A DNA stretch of 34,351 nt from Emiliania huxleyi CCMP1516 (lineage: Eukaryota): positions 1 to 34,351 of the forward strand of contig NW_005201338.1 in assembly GCF_000372725.1 (NCBI RefSeq), in the 5' to 3' direction. Position 1 is the first letter of the stretch. Every line of letters begins with the position of its first letter. The notes below the pieces were generated by a model, which saw only the letters and a list, made by a program, of their open reading frames with translations, was not told the DNA's origin and ran no database searches. Positions 9,985 through 19,755 of the stretch are shown piece by piece. A program made the translations under genes and the position numbers.

Positions 9985-10250
9985 CGGCCCGCGTTGCCAA
10001 TTTTTTCGATCTGGCAGTCCACACTGGAACCATCGGCGGGCGGATGGGGACGTTGGCCCGCTGATTTCTGTGTTTATTAGTGCCACGCGCCAGTCCCGTG
10101 CCTTGGCAAGGCAAGACACAGGTAGTGTTGTGCGACGAGAAAAATGTGGCGTACGCAAAAGAAGAAAAACGCTGAAAATTCTTTTGCGCGGCGGCGGCCT
10201 CGCGCGCCCTCGAACCGCTTTTGGCTCCCGCTGGGCAAAGCGAGGCACCC

Positions 10251-11692
10251 ATGTCTGCTCCGCCGCCGCCGCTGCCTCCGCTCGCGCCGCCCTCCTCCTC
10301 GGCCAGCGTCGCGCCGGCGCTCAAGGCGGCCAACTACCTCCTGCTGTTCGTCCTGATCCTGTGCCTGACTTCGGCGATCGACCTGGACGTGCTGCGCAGG
10401 GACTGGCGCCGGATCCCGCGAGGCGTGCTGTGCGCGATGCTCTGCCAGTTTGTCCTCCTCCCGCTGCTCGGCTTCTGCTCGGTGCTGGCCTTCCGTTTGA
10501 GGCTCGAGACGGTGGAGGGGACCATGCTGCTCGTCATCACCTCCTCGCCGGGGGGCTCGTACAGCAACTGGTGGTGCAGCCTCTTCAACGCCGACCTGCC
10601 GCTCTCCATCGCCTCGACCGCCGCCTCGACCCTGGCGGCCGCCGCCGTGCTGCCGCTCAACCTCGCAATCTACCTCTCCTTGACCTACGGTGGCTCGCTG
10701 CTGGGCGAGCTGCCGTGGGCGCAGCTCCTCACCTCGGTCGCCATAATCGTGAGCGGCGTCTGCGCCGGCCTGCTCGCCTCGCTCTGGATCTCGCGCAAGC
10801 GGCGCGAGCGCGCCCCAAAGCTGCGCGAGCGGCTCAGCCTGCTCGGCAACGCGTGCGGGCTCGCGCTCATCGTCATCGGCGTCAGCTTCTCCTCGTCGAG
10901 CAGCGCGCCGCCCTGGAGCCGGCCCGGCGCCGTCTACGCCTCCCTCGCGCTGCCCGCCCTCCTCGCCGTGCCCCTCTCCGCCGCCGTCGCCTCCCTCCCC
11001 GCGGCGGGGCTGGTGCCGCCCGAGCGAGTCGCCGTCGTCGTCGAGTGCCTCTTCCAAAACATCGGCGCCGAGCCGCCCAGCCCTCCCCCCAACCGCCCCG
11101 CCCACCATTTGCCAACCCCCCCCACCACCCCACCACCCCCCCCCACCCCCCTCCGGCGGCTCTCGCCTCGGCCCAGCCCCCCGCCGGCTCTCGGCTTCAC
11201 AGGCGTCGCATCCGCCCTCGCCATCTCCGCCTACCGTGAGCCAGAGGCGGGCCGCGCCGCAGCGATGCCGGCGCGCGGCCTCCCGCAACCCGCACCCCTG
11301 CCCGCCCCTCGGCCGCCCCCGACTGTTCCGCGCGGCGGCAGGTGATCTACGGCTTCATGCAGTCGATGATCGTCCTCCCCGTCCTGCTCGTCTCGTGGAA
11401 GGCGGGCTGGACGCACGCGCCCCCCTCGGCGCCCCTGCTCCGCGTCCTCCTCGAGTCGTGGCAGCCAACCTACCTCGACATGCAGCAGGAGCAGCAGCAG
11501 CAGCAGACCGACAGCAAGCCACAGACCGCCACCGAACTGTCGTCCACCGGCAGCGTCGGCGCCGTCTCGCCGGCGCAGGCAGCCGGGGCAGCTTGCGGTG
11601 CCAGCGGCCAAAGAGGCACCGACACCGACGAGGGCGGCGCCGGGAGCAGCCCGGCTTGCGAGCCGGATCTGCGGCCCGGCGGCTTGCGGTGA
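10251..11692 (+). CDS. Bile acid:sodium symporter (BASS/SLC10/SBF) family transporter; exons 10251-11064, 11203-11270, 11342-11692
   Basis: Multiple TM segments. Motifs LCQFVLLPLLGF, SSPGGSYSNWW, NADLPLSIAST. Removing GC-AG introns 11065-11202 and 11271-11341 restores ECLFQNIGVASALA and MPVIYGFMQ. Confidence 0.88.
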
Positions 11693-12518
11693 GGAGCTCA
11701 GAGAGATGGTGGGGGTGGACGCCTGCATATGTGAGTTGCGAGTCGATGCACGTGTGGAGAGAGAGGAAGGCGATACAGGAGAGCCCGTGGGGGAGCCATG
11801 TGGGGACATGCACATTGCGCTTATTTGTACGTGCGCGCGCTGAGTACTCGAGGGATTCCTCTCTTTACTAGAATTGTGGTAGGGGCGAGCTCTTGCGTGT
11901 TAGAGACTAGAGGAGTAGTTCGCGGCTCTTCGGGAGGGTGCACTTCGGGATCACTTGGAGACTCTCCACCACCTATACCCCCATGCACGATGCAGCACCA
12001 CCCTCTCGGTTCCCAGACCATCGCCCATCTCGCGGCGCCCGGCGGCCCACAGCGCCACAGGGTGCACGTGAGGGGGATCTATCTTCTATGCGCTAGCAGT
12101 CGCGGCCACCCTTGGTCGCCGCCTCTTCTTCTTCGCAGTAAACGAGGGATAATAAATAAATAGAGCAGTCATCTCCACAGGAGCGAGATGGGGGCAACGC
12201 ACGAACACAGAGGCACAGTGCGCACCCCGCCCCGCTCACAGGGCGTGCATCACAGGCGTGGACTATGCGACTCCAAACGAGGGATGTAAGGAGGACAACC
12301 CCCAGCGAGCCCCCTCCAACCCACCCGCGCTAGGTCGCGGGTTTGACGCATGGGGTCACTCCCGCGAAACTCTCGTGAACTAGCCGGGGCAGTCGGAGAA
12401 GGGGCAACTCACGGTCGGCCGCCAGAAAACACGCCTGCGTGGATCGCGTCACACCAATCCTCGCTACCCAACGCGGCCAAAGGATATCCACCTAGTCCTA
12501 CCGGTAGAAAGAAAGAAA

Positions 12519-12557
12519 GAAAGAAAACAGACAACCCAAGGGAGGGATGGGAGGACG
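12519..12557 (+). repeat. Dispersed 39-bp repeat, inverted copy at 23383-23421
   Basis: gaaagaaaacagacaacccaagggagggatgggaggacg matches the reverse complement of 23383-23421 with one mismatch. Confidence 0.8.
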
Positions 12558-12660
12558 GCACCGGTAGAGAACCAGGAGACACTTTGGGCGCGATTTCTTC
12601 CGATCGCCCAAGCCCGCCTCGCTGCTTTTCAGCAGCCATCTCTCCCAGCCGCTCGACGGC

Positions 12661-15313
12661 ATGAGGCGCCTCCTCTGTGCGGCGGCATCGCTTCTCCTGC
12701 CCGCCCTGGTATTCCTCGGCTCCGCAATGTCGAGGCTGGGCGACGGCTCGCACGCAGCTGCAAGCGGCCGCTCGGTGCACGAGCACGCGACTGTGCGCTT
12801 TGGTGGCAGCTTTGAGGGCTCTCCACGCAGCACCGAGCAGCTGGCGCCGCCTCGAGCTGCGCCCTCGGCCGCACCGCCGGTGCGCGCAGGAGCGCCGGCC
12901 GCCAGCGCCACCAACGCCAACTTTCTCAAGCCAGGCGGCGGCTCGAAGCTGCTGTTCAACGAGGCGGCGCGGCAGCAGCTGGCGCCGTATGCAGGTGCCG
13001 CCGGCACCACCGTCCACTTCACGTTCGGCTCCTCCGTCATGGTCGACTTTGTGCAGAACTGGCTCCACTTTGCGCGCCGAGCCGCGCTCAAGCCGCTGCT
13101 CGTGGGCGCCGCGGACGCGGCTCTCCTCAGCTTTTGCAACAACAAGTCGGTGCCGGCCGCCGCCATCTCCCCCGACCTGGACGTCTGGACATACGAGCGG
13201 AAGCCCGCGCAGGAGGGCGTGTACCAGATCAAGACGCAGTGGGCTTACTTTCGCCACCACGACTCGGACTTTCTCGAGATGGGCCTCGTCAAGGTTGCCT
13301 TCTTGTGGGAGCTGCTGGTCGCTGGCCTGAACGTGCTCATCTCCGACTTGGACGTCGTGTGGCTCAACGGGCACTGGGCGCGCTGGATGGCCTACGGCGG
13401 CGCCGAGCCTCCTCTTCCCGAGGCGTCGCTGCTGGCCGCCGCAGACATCCTCGTCTCGACCGACGAGCTCAACGCCGAGGCGGACCTGGCGGGCCGGCGG
13501 CCGAGCCACGGCTCCGACCTCAACACGGGCGTCGTCTTCCTTCGCTGCACGCAGGGCTCAAAGGCGATGGTGCAGGCGTGGCGGCAGGCGATGCTGGGCA
13601 GGAAGGGAGACAAGCACCTCAATGAGAATGTCAACGACCAGTCGCTCTTCCAAGGCGTCGTCCGTGGCGCGGAGCTGCGCGGCGGCGAGCTCGACGAGCT
13701 GCTGCGGCGCAGCGGTGCCGTGGACAGGCTTGGGCTCGCCGAGGCGACGTCGACGCGAAGAGTCTACCGCGCGCTGGGGGGGCCGCCGTGCTTGCCGCAG
13801 GAGCGCTGCGCGCCCTCCTCCTTCACCTTTGGCACGCTGCCGATGCGTCCCTTCAGCGGTGGCCACACCTGGTTCAACCAGAACGTGCAGGACATGGCCG
13901 GGCACGAGCAGCCTCGCAACGAGCCCATCACCGTCCACTTCACCTTCCAGTTCGGCGACACCGGCACCTACCCGCACGGCAAGCGGCAGCGAGCGCGCGA
14001 GGCCGCGCTCTGGGCCGTCGACCCGCCTGAGTACTTCACGGAGGGGGTCTTTGTCGCCCTCGACGGCCCAACCTACTCGGAGGCGGAGCAGGCGGCCGTC
14101 TACGCTCGCTTCCCGTCGTGGTCGCCGCAGAGGCACATGCACATGGACGCGCCGCAGAGGCAGGCCGTGCGCGACCTGCTCGGACTCGCCACCGCCGTCG
14201 GCGGCATCCCCGTGCTCCCCTCTCTGTGGTGCCACTGCGACCGGTATTGGGGCTTCTTGAAGAACTGCCGCTTCCCGATGGTGCCGAACATGAATTTGCC
14301 TTTCAACTGCCCCCAGGACGCGCTCTACGACCCGACTCGGTGGGCGGCCAAGGGAGTGCGCTGGTGCGCTCGAGCCCGCCCCGGGCCTCGCGGCAGAGGC
14401 ACTCTCTCACACGAAAACACAACCCCGGGCCCGAAATCGCACAGAGACAGTCACGCAACACGGGGTCCCAGGGAAGGCGAGCAAAACACTCTCTCACCCA
14501 CCACGCCGAGCGAACAGGCGCGAGCACACCTTCCTCGACAACCCCAACGTGCCTGCCCTCTTGCGAACGCAAACCGTCACCGTCACGGTCGCGGCGCCCG
14601 GCGAGGTGCCGGCGGCGGCCGCCCCCGACCAAATCTCGCTGGCGTACGGCACGCCGATGAGCGAGGTAATGGCGGCGGTGAGACAGGCGCGGCCCGGCGT
14701 TCGCGTCATTCGAATCGCCAACCACCACTTGCGCCGCCTCTGCCGCTGGCTAGGCTCGTCGCAGGCCAACGCGAACTTCAACAAGCTGGCGCGGTACATC
14801 TTGACGGAGAGCTCGAGATACTGTCCGCAGGAGGATATGGGCGGCTATGGCGGTGGCAGCTTCGATTGGCAAAATCCGTTCGTCGCGTATAACTGCACGT
14901 GGGGGTTTCACTATCCTTCGCCCTTCCCGGAAGGCAAGGCCGCATGTAGCGCGACGGGCGAGCAGCGTGAGCGCTCCTCCTCGGCCGGTGGTCTGCTCTC
15001 GTCGCTATTGCCGCCGGTGAACGCCGCCGGTGAGCCGCTGGCGGGTGCCGACGGCGTCAATGTCGCGGAGCGTCCCAACTCGACCACGTGCCCGCGCATC
15101 ATGCTGTGCGACTACAACATCCTCCCAGACGGCTCGATGACGAAGCCCATCCGATGGTGCAACATTGAGGGGTACAACGGCATGAAGCAGGACCACCTGC
15201 CTGCCACGCGCGCGATGCTCGCCAAGATGCCAGATGGCCGCTGCCCTTACCCTCCCGGCGACATCCCCGGCATGCCAGGCTTCGACCGGAGAGGTCACTA
15301 CATAGGTGCCTAA
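12661..15313 (+). CDS. GT77 nucleotide-diphospho-sugar transferase, XEG113 arabinosyltransferase-like; exons 12661-14363 and 14518-15313
   Basis: N-terminal signal anchor. Motifs FVQNW, MGLVKV, VLISDLDVVW (DxD), LNTGVVF, NDQ, VHFTFQFG...KRQRAREA, LWCHCDRYW. GT-AG intron 14364-14517 restores WREHTFLDNP. Confidence 0.85.
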
Positions 15314-15697
15314 TAGCAATCATGAAGTACATGTATGTCAAGAGAGGAGAGGAGAGGTGTGTAGGTATTATAGGTTTATTTAAAGTTACGCAAAATTCCG
15401 ACACGACACAGGTTTGGCAAGATCCAAGAAAAGGTTGCAGCCTGAGAATACACAAACATTTTGTTCTCCCGCGCTCGATCGATCGCTCTTCGCTGCAAGA
15501 GCGTCCGCGAAGCGCGCAGCTAGAGCCCGGGGGGTGGGCGTCGCGCGTCGCGTGGAGAAGTACGTACTTTTAGCTAAGGGGGGAAAGGGAAGAGGGGGTA
15601 TTCTCTAGGCCCCTAAACGCCCTACCCCGAAGTACACTACGACGCTCACGCATGAAGTCATTAGGGACGGTCGGGTCGGTCCGTGCGCAGCGCAGTT

Positions 15698-17055
15698 ATG
15701 AGCTCGGCCGATTTCAGGTCGCTCTCGCAGTACAATGAGCCTCTGATCCGATCGCCATCGATCTATTCGTCGATCGGCTCTGGCATCTACCTCCCTCAGG
15801 GCACGCCCTTGCACGGCGGCGTCTTCGTTCTTGCAAACACCATCCTTGGCGCGGGAATGCTTGGGCTGCCTTTCGCGTTTGCTGCGTGTGGCTACCTCAT
15901 GGGCACGCTCATGCTCACCGGCTTCGGAGCGTGTGCGACCGGGGCACTCGTGATGCTGTCCGAGGCGGCCGACCACGTCGGTCGGCCAGCCTCGTTCAAC
16001 TCGGTCGCAGAGCTTGCCATCCCTGGCGCTGGCATCGCGTTTGATGCTGCAATCGCAATCAAATGCTTCGGCGTCGCCACGTCGTACCTCATTGTAGTGG
16101 GCGACTCGATACCAAAAGCCGCCGTTCATCTTGGTGCGAGCGGCATCCTCCTGGAGCGCCGTTTCTGGACGTTGGCCGCCCTGGCGGTCGCCGCGCCACT
16201 AGCCTACATGCCTAGGATCACGGTGAGGGCTACCTGAGAGGAGGTCCACCACGGACGAGATTGAGTGAGCCTGTGTGACCGTAGGCGCTACGTCACGTGT
16301 CGGCGGTGGCGCTGGCCTGCGTGGGTCTGATCACCGTGATGATCGTCGTCTTTGCCTTCTCCCCGAGTTCTGACTTTGACCCCTATTCCGAGTGCGAGAG
16401 CATCGAGCAGTGCAAGGGGCCAACGGCACTGGTCACGAACCCGAGCCAGACCCTGCATGCGCTGCCACTGTTTGTTTTCTCGTACACGTGCCACCAGAAC
16501 ATCTTCTCCATCACGAACGAGCTGAGCGATCCAACCCCGCAGCGCAACATCAAGGTCTGCGTCCTGGCGGTTGGCGCAGCGTTGGCGGTCTACATCATCC
16601 TTGGCGCGTCGGGCTACTCGACCTTTGGCGGCCTCGTGGACCACGACATCCTCGCATCGTACCCTTCGGACAACGGCATTGTTGCCGTCGCCCGTCTAGC
16701 GATCTCGCTCGTGGTGTCGTGCTGCTACCCCCTGCAAGCCCACCCGTCGAGGGCGTGCACCACGTCGATCGTCAGGGCGTGCGGCGGCGAGGACATCGAC
16801 GACTTCGTCCTGCACATGGCAATCACAACGGTGTTTGTGCTCGCCTCGGGCTCAATCGCCCTCGTCGTGACGGACCTCGGGCTCATCCTCTCAGTGGTGG
16901 GTGCCACCGGGTCCACCACCGTCTCCTACATCCTTCCCGGAGCGTGCTACTTCATCCTCTTCCCCGAGCGACCATCGCGCTGGCTCGGCTTTCTCCTTGC
17001 GTGCACTGGGCTAATCATCATGCCCCTTTCCCTGTGTCTCATCTTCTGGAAGTAA
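15698..17055 (+). CDS. Aa_trans (AAAP/SLC38/AVT-type) amino acid transporter; exons 15698-16222 and 16285-17055
   Basis: Motifs VFVLANTILGAGMLGLPFAF, IKCFGVATSYLIVVGD, FVFSYTCHQN, YPLQAHPSR, VGATGSTTVSYILPG. GT-AG intron 16223-16284 joins the two ORFs in frame. Confidence 0.92.
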
Positions 17056-17409
17056 GGGGTGCGTCGTCTCGGAAACTGAATAATATCGTGTTGATACAGT
17101 GTGTGTGCGCGCGCTGCCGGCGTTAACGCCGCTCCAGAGAGTGGTCCCTCCCGCAGCGCTCCTCTGAAGACTTGGACCATGGCCTGGCCCTGGAGAGACC
17201 TATGCTCTGGAGTCATCTCGCTCTTGATGTCCGAGCCTGTAGTGTGGCTGTGCACACGAGAGATGGAGCTGAGAATGAGGGGCTAGGCGTCCGAGCGATA
17301 TTGTTTTTCACGGCTGCGCTCGTTCGTCTCGCTGCACAAAACGAACTCTACGTCACAAAATATGCACGCCCGCAAACCTGCCGCTGCGGGCCCACATATG
17401 TCAGTATGC

Positions 17410-17497
17410 GATAGGGTCGATTCCGCGTGGTACGGGACCCCTCGATCGTCTCGCCCTCCCTCGCTGGTGTGTTCACCAGGGGGGGGGTCATAACAAA
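17410..17497 (+). repeat. Dispersed ~90-bp repeat, copy 1 (copy 2 at 19346-19442)
   Basis: gatagggtcgattccgc..tacgggacccctcgatcgtctcgccctccctc.ctggtgtgtt...G-tract..cataacaaa is shared in direct orientation. Confidence 0.85.
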
Positions 17498-17605
17498 GTT
17501 TGTATCAACTCTCCGGTGTTTCTCTCTCTCTCTTCACTTTTGACGCTCCTCTCACTCGCGTGTCTCGTGTCCCGTCCCCCGCGGTGTGCACACACACCTC
17601 CATCG

Positions 17606-18395
17606 TCAGTTCAAACAAGCCGGCGTGGGGAGGTGTTGTGGTTGGGATGGGTAGCGCCTGTGGAACAGCCGCTCCGCAGCGGCGACTCGCTCGGCGCACC
17701 TCGTTCGATCGCGGGCCCCGTCCCAGAAGGAGGTGCCGACTCCACGATCGGTGGCCGGGTCGTACTCTCGGCCCCCGCTGCGCTGCAATGCTCGGTAGTC
17801 TCCGATGCCCGCGAGCTCATCCAGAGTGATGTGGCCGACCAGCTTCAGCTCCCAAGTGCAAGTGGGAGAGCCGTCGGGCGCTCGGCAGCGCCCACCGGGC
17901 TCCGCCGCGCGGCACGCCTCGGTCTCGTCGCGGAACTCTCTCGAAGGGCAGGGCCCCGGGACCGAGTACCAGACCGCGCCCTCGTAGGCGTGGATGCTCC
18001 CTGCCCCCTGCGTCTGGCAGCCGACAAAGTAGCCAGAGCTGGCCCAGCGCGAGGCGCACGCGGGGACGGTGCAGCGACCGCTGTCGAAGGCGGCGAAGAC
18101 GTGCTGCTTGGCGAAGCAAGTCGGGCCGGGGTTGCGCACGAGCACAGAGAAGCGAAGGATGCGGTCGATCGACCAGAGCCTGTTGCCCGGGTGGTTCATC
18201 GGCACGATCTCAGTATGGAGGTACTTGAGCACGCCCGGAAGGGTCCCCAGGTTCATCGAGCCCCACTCGAAGGTGACGCGACTTTGGGCGCGATACATGT
18301 AGAAATGGCACGCGCCCTCGTTCATCACGGAGGGGTCGAAGCGCCAGCTTACTTGGCCGAAGACTAGTTCAGGCGGTGGAGGTGATGGGTGAGGC

Positions 18396-18427
<32 letters not shown>

Positions 18428-19045
18428 TCGTTGCGGCGGAGGGGACGAGGGCGAAGGCGGCGGGGCGGGCGCCGGCGGCGGTGCCGGTGGAGCAGGCGGC
18501 GCAAGCGGCGAGGGTGAAAAGGGAGGCGTTGGAGGCGGCGGCGGCGCAGCCGGCGGCCCTGGCGGGCGGTGCGGCGGCAGCGGCGGCGGCAGCGGCGGGA
18601 GCAGCGCGTGCCACACGCGATCTGCGAGCGGAAGGGTCGGGTTCAGCCAGCTCGAGGCGGTGGCCGCCATCGCGCCGGCGGCCAGCAGCAGAACGGGCAG
18701 CAGGGATAGCGTGAGACAGCAGATCCAGGAGCGGCCAGATCCGTGCGTCATCAGCCGGAGGTCGCCTTCCTGCTCCTGGTCCTCGCTTACTACGGCCCTC
18801 GTCGCCCGGCTCTCGCCCCGGCTCGCGCGCTTCCTCCTGCCTCCAGCGCTGCTTGCCGCCGCCCTCGCCTCGAGGTCGGGCTCCTTCATGCGCGGAGCTG
18901 CTCGGGTGCTCGCTGCCTTTGACCGGGTCCTGTCCCTCCGCTTCGTGCGAGACGAGGGAGTCACGACGGCGATGGATGTGCACAAGTCGTCGAAGTCGTC
19001 AAAGTCGAGGCTCCTCGTACCGACCACGCCAACAGCGGTTGCCAT
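17606..19045 (-). CDS. Predicted type II membrane protein: TM segment, poly-Pro stalk, ~250-aa Cys/Trp-rich C-terminal domain of unknown function; 479 aa, intronless
   Basis: Single ORF from ATG 19045. TM WICCLTLSLLPVLLLAAGAMAA, then a Pro-rich linker, then a globular domain FYMYRAQS..GVLKYLHTEIV..IDRILRF..FDSGRCT..GYFVGCQ..WYSVPGPCPS..TCTW..LDELAGI..EYDPATDRGVGTSFWDG. Confidence 0.75.
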
Positions 19046-19345
19046 TTAGCCGAGAGGCTGAGCAACTCAGCGGTCAACGACACGCGCGCTCTCCACGGCG
19101 TCTTTTGAACGAGAAAAATTGGAGCCGCTTTTGTCTTTCTTTCTTTCTTTCGTGACCTTGGTTCCCCTCTAGAGAAAACCAGAGCGCAACAGGCCAACAG
19201 CACCCGCGACCCCGGGTCCCGCGGCACGTCTTCACCAGGTCTTCACGTTAGACTCTATTGCTTTTGGCAACCAACCCAACAACAAATGCCTCTAGACGAG
19301 TATACAGCTTGTGAGCTTGATTGAGCACACGTGCGATGAGCACTG

Positions 19346-19442
19346 GATAGGGTCGATTCCGCATGATACGGGACCCCTCGATCGTCTCGCCCTCCCTCAC
19401 TGGTGTGTTGATTGGGGGGGGCGGGGGGGGGGGCATAACAAA
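19346..19442 (+). repeat. Dispersed ~90-bp repeat, copy 2 (copy 1 at 17410-17497)
   Basis: Direct copy of 17410-17497 with a few substitutions and a longer G-tract. Confidence 0.85.
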
Positions 19443-19755
19443 CACGGTACAGGGTCGAGGTGCACGCTGCCGAAGCAGTGTCGTCCCCCCTCTCCTCGAC
19501 GGTGATGGCGGTGTGACCGATCGAGCTACAAGAGGAGCTTGTTCAGCAGGATCCGGGCCGTCGGATGTGTAATGTGTGCATGATTCTTGATTGTGGAAAA
19601 AGAAGTAGGCAAACTCTGAAAGGCGAAACCGAGGAAATCGGCAAAATGCCGGGGGTTTTCCAGGTATATTCCAAAATACGTGCGTATCTGTTGATGATCG
19701 AGACTCCTCTCGAGAGGACGCACAAACACGCTCTCACCCGGCGTGCGCGAGGATG

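Noticed and set aside
11850..12290. Possible LTR-retroelement remnant (cacgtgaggggga PPT-like; CGAGGGAT three times)
   Set aside because: No TG..CA LTR pair, convincing PBS or TSD could be delimited.
17165..19245. TGAAGACTTGG / CCAGGTCTTCA as possible TIRs around the 17606-19045 gene
   Set aside because: Only 11 bp with a mismatch and no target-site duplication, so compatible with chance.
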